A DNA stretch of 32,000 nucleotides, from NCBI RefSeq assembly GCF_053852315.1, contig NZ_CM132658.1; one strand, 5' to 3'. Position 1 is the stretch's first letter, and each line of letters begins with the position of its first letter. The position numbers were made by a program, and so were the translations under genes. Shown here piece by piece: positions 1 to 11,187 of the stretch. A model generated the notes under the pieces. It was not told where the DNA came from. It ran no database searches and was given only the letters and a program-made list of their open reading frames with translations.

Positions 1-1
1 A

Positions 2-166
2 GAACATTCTTTGCTGGAATGCGTGCGCACTGTGCTGGTGGCGCAGGCAGGCGGCAAACCGACGCTGCTGGCGGTGGATGCCGGGCGTAAGCTGCTGCAT
101 CTGGCGTCCAAACCGACCTTCGCCAACCTCGACGCGTGGGTGAATGCGATGCTGGAGCAAGAATAA
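2..166 (+). CDS. lafT: C-terminal end of lateral flagellar motor stator protein LafT (MotA-like), truncated by window edge
   Basis: Frame 2 reads EHSLLECVRTVLVAQAGGKPTLLAVDAGRKLLHLASKPTFANLDAWVNAMLEQE* with taa at 164-166, immediately before lafU; MotA-like C-terminus and synteny. Confidence 0.65.
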   Translation, partial: EHSLLECVRTVLVAQAGGKPTLLAVDAGRKLLHLASKPTFANLDAWVNAMLEQE

Positions 167-168
167 GC

Positions 169-1092
169 ATGAGAAAGACGGGCAACCGCCGCGAGCGTGG
201 GGCAAAAACCACCATCGTCCGGCGGCAGATCAAAAAGAATCATGCCGGGCATCATGGCGGGGCGTGGAAGGTGGCGTTCGCCGACTTTACTTTGGCAATG
301 ATGGCGCTGTTTATGACCCTGTGGATTGTCAACAGCGTCAGTAAATCCGAGCGTGAAAGCATTATCGCCGCGCTGCACGGGCAGTCGATTTTTAACGGTG
401 GTGGGCTGTCGCCGTTAAATAAAATCAGCCCGTCTCATCCGCCAAAACCTGCCACCGTGGCGGTGCCGGAAGAAACGGAGAAAAAAGCGCGTGATGTGAA
501 TGAGAAAACGGCGCTGCTGAAGAAGAAATCCGCCACCGAGCTTGGCGAGCTGGCAACCAGTATCACCACCATTGCCCGTGATGCGCATATGGAAGCGAAT
601 CTGGAGATGGAGATTGTTCCCCAGGGATTACGCGTGCTGATTAAAGACGACCAGAATCGCAATATGTTCGAACGCGGCAGCGCGCAGATTATGCCGTTCT
701 TTAAAACGCTGCTGGTGGAGCTCGCGCCAGTTTTCGACTCGCTCGATAACAAAATTATTATTACCGGGCATACCGATGCGATGGCTTACAAAAACAATAT
801 CTACAACAACTGGAACCTTTCGGGTGACCGCGCGCTTTCGGCTCGTCGGGTGCTGGAAGAGGCCGGAATGCCGGAAGATAAAGTGATGCAGGTAAGCGCA
901 ATGGCGGACCAGATGCTGCTGGATTCCAAAAATCCGCAAAGCGCGGGCAACCGGCGCATTGAGATTATGGTGCTGACCAAAAGTGCGTCCGATACGCTGT
1001 ATCAATACTTTGGTCAGCATGGGGATAAAGTGGTGCAGCCGCTGGTGCAAAAGCTGGATAAGCAGCAGGTGCTTTCGCAGCGAACGCGTTAA
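169..1092 (+). CDS. lafU: Lateral flagellar motor protein LafU (MotB-like, OmpA/peptidoglycan-binding C-terminal domain)
   Basis: ORF with one N-terminal TM (FTLAMMALFMTLWIV) and OmpA-like motif (ITGHTDAMAY...NRRIEI); ATG at 169 sits 2 nt after the lafT stop, so the track start at 136 is too far upstream; located upstream of dinB as in E. coli. Confidence 0.85.
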   Translation: MRKTGNRRERGAKTTIVRRQIKKNHAGHHGGAWKVAFADFTLAMMALFMTLWIVNSVSKSERESIIAALHGQSIFNGGGLSPLNKISPSHPPKPATVAVPEETEKKARDVNEKTALLKKKSATELGELATSITTIARDAHMEANLEMEIVPQGLRVLIKDDQNRNMFERGSAQIMPFFKTLLVELAPVFDSLDNKIIITGHTDAMAYKNNIYNNWNLSGDRALSARRVLEEAGMPEDKVMQVSAMADQMLLDSKNPQSAGNRRIEIMVLTKSASDTLYQYFGQHGDKVVQPLVQKLDKQQVLSQRTR

Positions 1093-1130
1093 ATGCTGAA
1101 TCTTTACGCATTTCTCAAACCCTGAAATCA

Positions 1131-1146
1131 CTGTATACTTTACCAG
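1131..1146 (+). promoter_or_regulatory. LexA (SOS) box upstream of dinB
   Basis: ctgtatactttaccag, 17 nt upstream of the dinB ATG; fits the CTG-N10-CAG LexA consensus. Confidence 0.9.
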
Positions 1147-1162
1147 TGTTGAGAGGTGAGTA

Positions 1163-2218
1163 ATGCGTAAAATCATTCATGTGGATATGGACTGCTTTTT
1201 CGCAGCGGTGGAGATGCGCGACAATCCCGCCCTGCGCGATATCCCTATTGCTATTGGCGGCAGCCGCGAACGTCGGGGGGTGATCAGCACCGCCAATTAT
1301 CCCGCGCGTAAATTTGGCGTACGTAGCGCTATGCCGACAGGGATGGCGCTCAAATTATGCCCGCATCTCACCTTGCTTCCGGGGCGCTTTGACGCCTACA
1401 AAGAAGCCTCAAATCATATCCGTGAAATCTTCTCGCGCTACACCTCGCGTATTGAACCATTGTCACTGGATGAGGCTTATCTCGACGTCACCGATAGCGT
1501 CCATTGCCACGGTTCTGCGACCCTCATCGCCCAGGAAATCCGCCAGACGATTTTCAGCGAGCTGCAACTGACAGCGTCTGCGGGCGTGGCACCAGTAAAG
1601 TTTCTCGCCAAAATCGCCTCCGACATGAATAAACCCAACGGTCAGTTTGTGATTACGCCGGCAGAAGTTCCGGCATTTTTACAAACCTTACCGCTGGCAA
1701 AAATCCCCGGCGTCGGCAAAGTCTCGGCGGCAAAACTGGAAGCGATGGGGCTGCGGACCTGCGGTGATGTACAAAAGTGTGATCTGGTGATACTGCTTAA
1801 ACGCTTTGGCAAATTTGGCCGCATTTTGTGGGAGCGTAGTCAGGGGATTGACGAGCGCGACGTTAACAGCGAACGGTTGCGAAAATCCGTCGGCGTGGAA
1901 CGCACGATGGCGGAAGATATCCACCACTGGTCTGAATGTGAAGCGATTATCGAGCGGCTGTATCCGGAACTTGAACGCCGTCTGGCAAAGGTAAAACCTG
2001 ATTTACTGATTGCCCGCCAGGGGGTGAAATTAAAGTTCGACGATTTTCAGCAAACCACTCAGGAGCACGTCTGGCCGCGGCTGAATAAAGCTGACTTAAT
2101 CGCCACCGCGCGTAAAACCTGGGATGAACGCCGCGGCGGGCGCGGTGTGCGACTGGTGGGGCTGCATGTGACGTTGCTTGACCCGCAAATGGAAAGACAA
2201 CTGGTGCTGGGATTATGA
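1163..2218 (+). CDS. dinB: DNA polymerase IV
   Basis: 351 aa, Y-family polymerase motifs ([39 protein letters not shown]). Confidence 0.97.
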   Translation: MRKIIHVDMDCFFAAVEMRDNPALRDIPIAIGGSRERRGVISTANYPARKFGVRSAMPTGMALKLCPHLTLLPGRFDAYKEASNHIREIFSRYTSRIEPLSLDEAYLDVTDSVHCHGSATLIAQEIRQTIFSELQLTASAGVAPVKFLAKIASDMNKPNGQFVITPAEVPAFLQTLPLAKIPGVGKVSAAKLEAMGLRTCGDVQKCDLVILLKRFGKFGRILWERSQGIDERDVNSERLRKSVGVERTMAEDIHHWSECEAIIERLYPELERRLAKVKPDLLIARQGVKLKFDDFQQTTQEHVWPRLNKADLIATARKTWDERRGGRGVRLVGLHVTLLDPQMERQLVLGL

Positions 2219-2667
2219 ATAACATACAAATAAGAGACTATCAGCCTGGCGATTTTCAGCAACTATGCGCTATTTTCATTAGAGCGGTTACGATGACTGC
2301 CAGTCAGCATTATTCACCACAACAAATTGCCGCCTGGGCGCAGATTGACGAATCTCGCTGGAAGGAGAAACTCGCGAAATCACAAGTGCGGGTTGCAGTC
2401 ATTAATGCAAAACTGGTCGGCTTTATTACCTGCGTTGAACACTATATCGATATGTTATTTGTTGACCCTGAATACACCCGCCGTGGGGTTGCCAGCGCTT
2501 TGTTAAAACCTTTGATTAAGTCTGAATCCGAACTTACGGTGGACGCAAGCATAACCGCAAAACCCTTTTTTGAACGTTATGGTTTTCAGACAGTTAAGCA
2601 GCAACGCGTTGAATGTCGGGGAGAGTGGTTTATTAATTTTTATATGCGTTATAAACAGCAACATTAA
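2215..2667 (+). CDS. yafP: GNAT-family N-acetyltransferase YafP
   Basis: 150 aa, GNAT motif ([16 protein letters not shown]); starts within the dinB stop codon (ATGA). Confidence 0.9.
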   Translation: MNNIQIRDYQPGDFQQLCAIFIRAVTMTASQHYSPQQIAAWAQIDESRWKEKLAKSQVRVAVINAKLVGFITCVEHYIDMLFVDPEYTRRGVASALLKPLIKSESELTVDASITAKPFFERYGFQTVKQQRVECRGEWFINFYMRYKQQH

Positions 2668-2912
2668 ATCCAGCTTGCAATGAAAATAACGCAAGCCTAG
2701 TATGTGCGCGTTTTCTTATTCCACAAACTGCAAGGAGGTAAATCATGACAAATCCTTTATCAATGACTCTTTGCAGACCTTTCCAGGATTAATTCTTTTT
2801 TTCTTGCCCTGGATTCGTCTGCCATTTCCTGATTTTTTAATTGTTACTCTCAATAATTCAAGTCGCAACACATGCAACTTGAAGTATGACGAGTCTATTT
2901 ACGGAATGGTAT

Positions 2913-4052
2913 ATGGGCAATTATATTCGTCCCTTATCCGATGCGGTATTTACCATCGCATCTGATGACCTGTGGATCGAGAGTTTAGCGATCCAACAAT
3001 TACACACCACGGCAAATTTACCCAACATGCAGCGCGTAGTGGGGATGCCAGATTTACATCCCGGACGCGGCTATCCGATTGGCGCAGCGTTCTTCTCTGT
3101 TGGTCGTTTTTATCCGGCACTGGTCGGCAATGATATCGGCTGCGGTATGGCGCTATGGCAAACAGATATTCTCACTCGCAAATACAACGCCGATAAGTTT
3201 GAAAAGCGATTATCAGATCTGGATGACGTTGCTGAAGAAAGCTGGCTGGAGGAAAACCTGCCGTCAGCATTTGCACAGCATCCGTGGCGCAGCTCGCTTG
3301 GCTCTATCGGTGGCGGCAATCATTTCGCTGAACTGCAACAAGTTGATCAAATCATCAACGCTGAACTGTTTGCACTGGCAGGTCTGGATGCACAACATCT
3401 GCAACTGTTGGTTCATAGCGGCTCGCGGGGGGTGGGGCAGTCTATTTTACAGCGGCATATTGCCTCGTTCTCGCATCATGGTTTGCCTCAAGGCAGTGAC
3501 GACGCGCTACGGTATATTGCGGAACATGACGATGCGCTGGCGTTTGCGTGTATTAATCGCCAGATGATCGCTTTGCGCATAATGCAACAAGTTAAGGCCA
3601 CGGGAAGTCCGGTTCTGGATGTGGCGCATAACTTTGTTAGCGCGTGTCAAATCGGCGATCAACAGGGCTGGTTGCATCGTAAAGGTGCCACGCCGGATGA
3701 CAACGGTCTGGTGATTATTCCCGGTTCACGTGGTGATTACTCCTGGATTGTACAGCCTGTTGCGAACGAAAAAACGCTCCACTCGCTGGCGCATGGGGCA
3801 GGGCGTAAATGGGGGCGCACCGAGTGTAAAGGGCGTCTGGCAGCGAAATACACGGCGACGCAACTCTCGCGTACTGAACTTGGCAGTCGGGTAATTTGTC
3901 GCGATAAACAACTCATCTTTGAAGAAGCGCCACAAGCCTATAAATCGGCTGAAAGCGTGGTGCAATGTCTGGTGCAGGCCGGTTTAATTATTCCTGTCGC
4001 GCGGCTGCGTCCGGTGCTAACGCTCAAAAACAGTGGAGGGAAAAAAGGATGA
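2913..4052 (+). CDS. RtcB-like RNA ligase (RtcB2), full length
   Basis: RtcB signatures [56 protein letters not shown]-type segment and [13 protein letters not shown]; translationally coupled to prfH. ATG at 2913 preferred over the track start at 2886. Confidence 0.9.
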   Translation: MGNYIRPLSDAVFTIASDDLWIESLAIQQLHTTANLPNMQRVVGMPDLHPGRGYPIGAAFFSVGRFYPALVGNDIGCGMALWQTDILTRKYNADKFEKRLSDLDDVAEESWLEENLPSAFAQHPWRSSLGSIGGGNHFAELQQVDQIINAELFALAGLDAQHLQLLVHSGSRGVGQSILQRHIASFSHHGLPQGSDDALRYIAEHDDALAFACINRQMIALRIMQQVKATGSPVLDVAHNFVSACQIGDQQGWLHRKGATPDDNGLVIIPGSRGDYSWIVQPVANEKTLHSLAHGAGRKWGRTECKGRLAAKYTATQLSRTELGSRVICRDKQLIFEEAPQAYKSAESVVQCLVQAGLIIPVARLRPVLTLKNSGGKKG

Positions 4053-4663
4053 TCTTGCTACAACTCTCCTCAGCGCAGGGGCCGGAAGAATGTTGTCTCG
4101 CAGTGAAAAAGGCGCTGGACAGGCTAATTAAAGAAGCTGCCCGACAAGACGTCGCGGTAACGGTGTTGGAAACAGAAACGGGCCGCTACTCTGACACGCT
4201 GCGTTCGGCGCTGATTTCTCTGGATGGCGATAACGCATGGGCATTAAGCGAAAGCTGGTGTGGCACTATTCAGTGGATTTGTCCGAGTCCGTATCGGCCT
4301 CATCATGGGCGCAAAAACTGGTTTCTGGGCATTGGGCGTTTTACCGCTGATGAGCAGGAACAATCGGATGCAATCCGTTATGAGACGTTGCGTTCGTCGG
4401 GGCCGGGCGGTCAACATGTCAATAAAACCGACTCGGCGGTACGCGCCACGCATTTGGCATCCGGTATTAGCGTGAAGGTTCAGTCAGAGCGTAGTCAGCA
4501 TGCTAACAAGCGGCTGGCACGATTGCTGATTGCCTGGAAGCTGGAGCAGCAGCAACAGGAAAATAGCGCGGTGCTGAAATCGCAGCGGCGAATGTTCCAT
4601 CACCAGATTGAACGTGGCAACCCGAGACGGACATTTACAGGGATGGCTTTTATCGAAGGATAA
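4049..4663 (+). CDS. prfH: Peptide chain release factor homologue PrfH
   Basis: 204 aa with GGQ motif ([20 protein letters not shown]); ATG at 4049 overlaps the rtcB2 stop (ATGA), so the track start at 3965 is too far upstream. Confidence 0.92.
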   Translation: MILLQLSSAQGPEECCLAVKKALDRLIKEAARQDVAVTVLETETGRYSDTLRSALISLDGDNAWALSESWCGTIQWICPSPYRPHHGRKNWFLGIGRFTADEQEQSDAIRYETLRSSGPGGQHVNKTDSAVRATHLASGISVKVQSERSQHANKRLARLLIAWKLEQQQQENSAVLKSQRRMFHHQIERGNPRRTFTGMAFIEG

Positions 4664-4676
4664 TGAAGGATGAAAC

Positions 4677-4706
4677 TGCCGGAAGGCGATTAAACGCCAT
4701 CCGGCA
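4677..4706. repeat. REP-like palindrome / bidirectional terminator between convergent prfH and pepD
   Basis: tgccggaaggcgattaaacgccatccggca forms a long hairpin with REP-type sequence. Confidence 0.75.
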
Positions 4707-4719
4707 GCAAATCAAATAA

Positions 4720-6177
4720 TTACTTCGCCGGAATTTCTTTCAGCAGTTCAGTCAGCAGTGTCCAGTAATGACCTACGCTTTCGATGTGAACTTGCTCATC
4801 CGGAGAGTGTGGACCGGTGATAGTTGGCCCGATAGAAACCATGTCCATTTCCGGATACGGTTTTTTGAACAGACCACATTCCAGGCCCGCGTGGATAATC
4901 TGGATGTTCGGCGTTTTGTTGAACAGACGCTGATAGGTTTCACGTACCAGATGCATCACCGGAGAATTAGCGTCCGGCTGCCAGCCAGGATATGCGCCTT
5001 TCGCTTCGGTTTTCGCGCCAGCCAGTTTACCCAGCGAATCCAGCATGCTCACGACGTAGTCTTTACCGCTGTCGATCAGTGAACGGATCAGACAGTGAAT
5101 TTCTACGTTATTATCAGTCATGGTCACCACACCGACGTTCAGGGAGGTTTCGACCACACCTTTTGCCACGTCTGAGTTGCGGATCACACCGTTCGGGGTG
5201 GCGTTCAGCAGACGAATAAAGGTATCGCGAGATTTCGCAATCAGGGCAGCTTTATCGTTCGCTACAGAGTCCAGCAACAAGGCCAGATTTTTCTCTTTCT
5301 CTGCCAGCTCGTTTTTCAGGATCTCCTGATAGGTATTCACCAGAGATTTCAGGACGTCGACTTTATCAGCTGCGACAGCAATGGTCGCAAAGGCTTCACG
5401 CGGGATGGCGTTACGCAGTGTGCCGCCGTTGAAATCGATAAGGCGCAGATCCAGTTCTTCTGCATGACCCGCCAGGAAGCGCACCAGCAGTTTGTTGGCA
5501 TTACCCAGGCCAACGTGGATTTCCCCGCCGGAGTGACCGCCTTTTAGACCTTTTAAGGTTAACTTGAAGGTTTCAAAACCAGCTGGAACCGCTTCACGAT
5601 CTAAATGCAGGTTGGAGGTGAAGTCGATACCCCCCGCACAACCCATGTAGATTTCACCTTCTTCTTCGGAGTCGGTGTTAATCAGAATATCAGCCTGCAA
5701 CCAGTTGCTCTGTAAGCCGAACGCACCGTCCATACCGGCTTCTTCGGTCATGGTCAGCAGCACTTCCAGCGGGCCGTGAACCACGTTTTCGTCAGCCAGA
5801 ACCGCCAGCGCAGACGCCATACCAATGCCGTTATCTGCACCCAGCGTGGTGCCGCGCGCTTTAACCCATTCGCCATCAATATAAGGCTGGATAGGATCTT
5901 TCGTGAAGTCATGCACGGTGTCGTTATTTTTCTGCGGCACCATATCGAGGTGGGCCTGTAAGACGACCGGTTTACGATTTTCCATACCTGCGGTAGCAGG
6001 TTTACGAATCAGGATATTACCTACCTGATCGCGTTCGACATGGAAACCTTTCTCTTTTGCCCAACCAACAATGTATTCAGCGAGTTGCTCTTCATGATAG
6101 GACGGGTGAGGAATAGAACAGATTTTGGCAAAAATATCCCACAGCGGCTGTGGAGATAATTGAGACAGTTCAGACAC
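4720..6177 (-). CDS. pepD: Aminoacyl-histidine dipeptidase (peptidase D)
   Basis: 485 aa, M20-family protein with QAHLDMVPQKN and TLGADNGIG motifs; recognised as PepD. Confidence 0.97.
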   Translation of the reverse strand: MSELSQLSPQPLWDIFAKICSIPHPSYHEEQLAEYIVGWAKEKGFHVERDQVGNILIRKPATAGMENRKPVVLQAHLDMVPQKNNDTVHDFTKDPIQPYIDGEWVKARGTTLGADNGIGMASALAVLADENVVHGPLEVLLTMTEEAGMDGAFGLQSNWLQADILINTDSEEEGEIYMGCAGGIDFTSNLHLDREAVPAGFETFKLTLKGLKGGHSGGEIHVGLGNANKLLVRFLAGHAEELDLRLIDFNGGTLRNAIPREAFATIAVAADKVDVLKSLVNTYQEILKNELAEKEKNLALLLDSVANDKAALIAKSRDTFIRLLNATPNGVIRNSDVAKGVVETSLNVGVVTMTDNNVEIHCLIRSLIDSGKDYVVSMLDSLGKLAGAKTEAKGAYPGWQPDANSPVMHLVRETYQRLFNKTPNIQIIHAGLECGLFKKPYPEMDMVSIGPTITGPHSPDEQVHIESVGHYWTLLTELLKEIPAK

Positions 6178-6437
6178 GTTAAGTCTCCTTGTCGATCACC
6201 CGCAAAACAGTATTGCAGGTCACAGGGTTAGCAGAAAATGTTGTCAACACAAGACAGGCTTGCGAGATATGTTTGAGAATACCACTTTATCCCGCGTCAG
6301 GGAGAGGCAGTGCGTAAAAAGACGCGGACTCATGTGAAATACTGGTTTTTAGTGCGCCAGATCTCTATAATCTCGCGCAACCTATTTTCCCCTCGAACAC
6401 TTTTTAAGCCGTAGATAAACAGGCTGGGACACTTCAC

Positions 6438-6896
6438 ATGAGCGAAAAATACATCGTCACCTGGGACATGTTGCAGATCCATGCACGTAAACTCGCAAGC
6501 CGACTGATGCCTTCTGAACAATGGAAAGGCATTATTGCCGTAAGCCGTGGCGGTCTGGTACCGGGTGCGTTACTGGCGCGTGAACTGGGTATTCGTCATG
6601 TCGATACCGTTTGTATTTCCAGCTACGATCACGACAACCAGCGCGAGCTTAAAGTGCTGAAACGCGCAGAAGGCGATGGCGAAGGCTTCATCGTTATTGA
6701 TGACCTGGTGGATACCGGTGGTACTGCGGTTGCGATTCGTGAAATGTATCCAAAAGCACATTTTGTGACTATCTTCGCAAAACCGGCTGGTCGTCCGCTG
6801 GTTGATGACTATGTTGTTGATATCCCGCAAGATACCTGGATCGAACAGCCGTGGGATATGGGCGTCGTATTCGTCCCGCCAATCTCCGGTCGCTAA
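6438..6896 (+). CDS. gpt: Xanthine-guanine phosphoribosyltransferase
   Basis: 152 aa, PRPP-binding motif [14 protein letters not shown]; recognised sequence. Confidence 0.97.
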
Positions 6897-6987
6897 TCTT
6901 TTCAACGCCTGGCACTGCCGGGCGTTGTTCTTTTTAACTTCAGGCGGGTTACAATAGTTTCCAGTAAGTATTCTGGAGGCTGCATCC

Positions 6988-8232
6988 ATGACACAGGCAA
7001 ACCTGAGCGAAACCCTGTTCAAACCCCGCTTTAAACATCCTGAAACCTCGACGCTAGTCCGCCGCTTTAATCACGGCGCACAACCGCCTGTGCAGTCGGC
7101 TCTTGATGGTAAAACCATCCCTCACTGGTATCGCATGATTAACCGTCTGATGTGGATCTGGCGCGGCATTGACCCACGTGAAATCCTCGACGTCCAGGCA
7201 CGTATTGTGATGAGCGATGCTGAACGTACCGATGATGATTTATACGATACCGTGATTGGCTACCGTGGTGGCAACTGGATTTATGAGTGGGCCACCCAGG
7301 CGATGGTGTGGCAACAAAAAGCCTGTGCGGAAGAAGATCCGCAACTCAGTGGTCGACACTGGCTGCATGCGGCTACGTTGTACAACATTGCCGCCTATCC
7401 TCATCTGAAAGGAGATGACCTGGCCGAGCAAGCGCAGGCTTTATCAAACCGCGCCTATGAAGAGGCCGCCCAGCGTCTGCCGGGCACGATGCGGCAGATG
7501 GAGTTTACCGTACCCGGCGGTGCGCCCATCACCGGCTTTTTGCATATGCCGAAAGGCGATGGCCCGTTCCCGACAGTATTAATGTGTGGTGGTCTGGATG
7601 CGATGCAGACGGACTATTACAGCCTGTATGAACGTTATTTTGCGCCGCGCGGCATTGCGATGCTGACTATTGATATGCCGTCGGTGGGCTTTTCTTCAAA
7701 ATGGAAGCTCACCCAGGACTCCAGCCTGTTGCATCAGCACGTCTTAAAGGCGCTGCCTAACGTACCGTGGGTGGATCACACTCGCGTCGCGGCCTTTGGT
7801 TTCCGTTTCGGCGCTAACGTTGCCGTGCGTCTGGCATACCTTGAATCGCCGCGTCTGAAAGCGGTTGCCTGTCTTGGTCCGGTAGTTCATACCCTGTTGA
7901 GTGATTTTAAGTGCCAGCAACAGGTGCCGGAAATGTATCTTGACGTTCTGGCGAGTCGTTTGGGGATGCATGATGCTTCCGACGAAGCGTTGCGCGTGGA
8001 GTTGAATCGCTATTCATTAAAAGTGCAAGGATTGCTGGGACGTCGCTGCCCAACGCCAATGTTATCAGGCTACTGGAAGAACGATCCGTTCAGCCCGGAA
8101 GAGGACTCACGCTTAATCACCTCATCATCTGCTGACGGTAAATTATTAGAGATCCCATTTAACCCGGTGTATCGGAATTTTGACAAAGGTCTTCAGGAAA
8201 TCACCGACTGGATCGAAAAACGTTTGTGTTAA
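6988..8232 (+). CDS. frsA: Fermentation-respiration switch protein FrsA (alpha/beta hydrolase-like)
   Basis: 414 aa, recognised sequence ([26 protein letters not shown]...) and synteny gpt-frsA-crl. Confidence 0.95.
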
Positions 8233-8691
<459 letters not shown>

Positions 8692-8699
8692 GTGAAATG

Positions 8700-8722
8700 T
8701 GCCGGATGCATCACATCCGGCA
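8700..8722. terminator. Inverted repeat between convergent crl and phoE
   Basis: tgccggatgcatcacatccggca hairpin. Confidence 0.6.
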
Positions 8723-8729
8723 ATATCTA

Positions 8730-9785
8730 TTAAAACTGATAGGTCATGCCAACCGCGACAATATCATCATTATTAATATTCAATTTGTTATCGCTATCCA
8801 GTTGGTTGATTTTATAATCAACAAACGCTGACATATTTTTGTTGAAATAATATGTAGCCCCGACATCGATATAATTGACCAGATCTTCATCACCGATACC
8901 TTCAATATCTTTCCCTTTCGATAAGACATAACCCAGCGATGGACGCAGACCAAAGTCAAACTGGTATTGAGCGACCGCTTCAAAGTTCTGTGTCTTATTG
9001 GCAAAGCCGCCAGTTATTGGCGTCATTTTGCGTGTTTCAGAATAAAAAGTTGCCAGATAAATATTATTGGCATCGTATTTCAGACCTGTAGCCCATGCTT
9101 CTGCACGCTTGCCTGTGCCACGGCTTTGCAGGTTCTGCTCGTTGGTGCGATCTGAGTTGGTATAGGCCCCACTAATGGCGAAATCGCTGCCGCCAAAGTC
9201 ATATGTCAATGACGTGCCGAAGCCATCGCCGTTTTGCTTTTTAACGTCGCGGTTTTCGTTTTTCCCTTGATATTGCAGGGTTAAGTTCAGGCCATCGATA
9301 ACGCCGAAGAAGTCGGTGTTCCGATACGTCGCCAGACCGCTGGCGCGTTTGGTCATAAAGTTGTCGGTCTGCGCCGAGGAATCGCCACCAAATTCCGGGA
9401 ACATATCGGTCCAGGCTTCCACGTCATACAACGCGCCCAGGTTACGACCATAATCGAAAGAACCCAAATCTTTATATTTCAACCCGGCAAAAGCGAGACG
9501 CGTTTTTTGCTGTGCGGTATCACTCTCCGCTTTATTTCCGGCAAACTCCGCTTCCCACCGACCATAACCAGTCACTTGATCGTTAATTTGTGTTTCACCT
9601 TTAAAACCAAAACGGATATAACTCTGGTCGCCATCTTTACTGGCGTTATCACTCATATAATGCATGGCTTTAACTTTGCCATAGACATCCAGTTTATTAC
9701 CGTCTTTATTATATATTTCTGCAGCCTGTACAGATGCAGATGCCACAATGCCCATCACCACTAATGCCAGAGTGCTCTTTTTCAT
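8730..9785 (-). CDS. phoE: Outer membrane phosphoporin PhoE
   Basis: 351 aa trimeric porin with signal peptide and C-terminal ...VAVGMTYQF. Start set at [12 protein letters not shown], two codons inside the track ORF. Confidence 0.96.
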   Translation of the reverse strand: MKKSTLALVVMGIVASASVQAAEIYNKDGNKLDVYGKVKAMHYMSDNASKDGDQSYIRFGFKGETQINDQVTGYGRWEAEFAGNKAESDTAQQKTRLAFAGLKYKDLGSFDYGRNLGALYDVEAWTDMFPEFGGDSSAQTDNFMTKRASGLATYRNTDFFGVIDGLNLTLQYQGKNENRDVKKQNGDGFGTSLTYDFGGSDFAISGAYTNSDRTNEQNLQSRGTGKRAEAWATGLKYDANNIYLATFYSETRKMTPITGGFANKTQNFEAVAQYQFDFGLRPSLGYVLSKGKDIEGIGDEDLVNYIDVGATYYFNKNMSAFVDYKINQLDSDNKLNINNDDIVAVGMTYQF

Positions 9786-9865
9786 TTTCATTCCTGATTT
9801 TAATTAACGCGCGAATATTCAGCGGGAGAGCCCCGTTGAAAACAGGAAAGTTTTTAACCTGAGAT

Positions 9866-9884
9866 TGTTAAAGATATATTACAG
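9866..9884 (-). promoter_or_regulatory. Pho box upstream of phoE
   Basis: Reverse complement ctgtaatatatctttaaca resembles the PhoB-binding consensus CTGTCATA-N4-CTGTCA-type repeats; located about 80 bp upstream of phoE. Confidence 0.7.
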
Positions 9885-10072
9885 ATTAATAATATTCTTA
9901 AAATGTGGTAATTTATTAAATCTGTAATAAAAGCGTAAACAACTGCCGCTAGGCTTGCTGATCCCGCGCAACAAAACGCCATGCTTTGCTTGCAGATGGT
10001 TGGCAACCGACGACAGTCCTGCTAAAACGTTCGTTTGATATCATTTTTCCTAAAATTGAATGGCAGAGAATC

Positions 10073-11176
10073 ATGAGTGACAGCCAGACGCTGGTGGTAA
10101 AACTCGGCACCAGTGTGCTAACAGGCGGATCGCGCCGTCTGAACCGTGCCCATATCGTTGAACTTGTTCGCCAGTGCGCGCAGTTACATGCCGCCGGGCA
10201 TCGGATTGTTATTGTGACGTCGGGCGCGATCGCCGCCGGACGTGAGCACCTGGGGTACCCGGAACTGCCAGCGACTATCGCCTCGAAACAACTGCTGGCG
10301 GCGGTAGGGCAGAGTCGACTGATTCAACTGTGGGAACAGCTGTTTTCGATTTATGGCATTCACGTCGGGCAGATGCTGCTGACCCGTGCTGATATGGAAG
10401 ACCGTGAACGCTTCCTGAACGCCCGCGACACCCTGCGTGCGTTGCTCGATAACAATATCGTTCCGGTAATCAATGAGAACGATGCTGTCGCTACGGCAGA
10501 GATTAAGGTCGGCGATAACGATAACCTTTCTGCGCTGGCGGCGATTCTGGCGGGTGCCGATAAACTGTTGCTGCTGACCGATCAAAAAGGTTTGTATACC
10601 GCTGATCCGCGCAGCAATCCGCAGGCAGAACTGATTAAAGATGTTTACGGCATTGATGACGCACTGCGCGCGATTGCCGGTGACAGCGTTTCAGGCCTCG
10701 GAACTGGCGGCATGAGTACCAAATTGCAGGCCGCTGACGTGGCTTGCCGTGCGGGTATCGACACCATTATTGCCGCGGGCAGCAAGCCGGGCGTTATTGG
10801 TGATGTGATGGAAGGCATTTCCGTCGGTACGCTGTTCCATGCCCAGGCGACTCCGCTTGAAAACCGTAAACGCTGGATTTTCGGTGCGCCGCCGGCGGGT
10901 GAAATCACGGTAGATGAAGGGGCAACTGCCGCCATTCTTGAACGCGGCAGCTCCCTGTTGCCGAAAGGCATTAAAAGCGTGACTGGCAATTTCTCGCGTG
11001 GTGAAGTCATCCGCATTTGCAACCTCGAAGGTCGCGATATCGCCCACGGCGTCAGTCGTTACAACAGCGATGCATTACGCCGTATTGCCGGGCACCACTC
11101 GCAAGAAATTGATGCAATACTGGGATATGAATACGGCCCGGTTGCCGTTCACCGTGATGACATGATTACCCGTTAA
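10073..11176 (+). CDS. proB: Glutamate 5-kinase
   Basis: [27 protein letters not shown]..., 367 aa. The track ORF starts upstream; ATG 10073 is the recognised start. Confidence 0.97.
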
Positions 11177-11187
11177 GGAGCAGGCTG

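Noticed and set aside
2702-2965. 87-aa ORF between yafP and rtcB2
   Set aside because: Low-complexity translation with no recognisable domain; it overlaps the rtcB2 start in another frame and includes the short SD-led peptide in a different frame.
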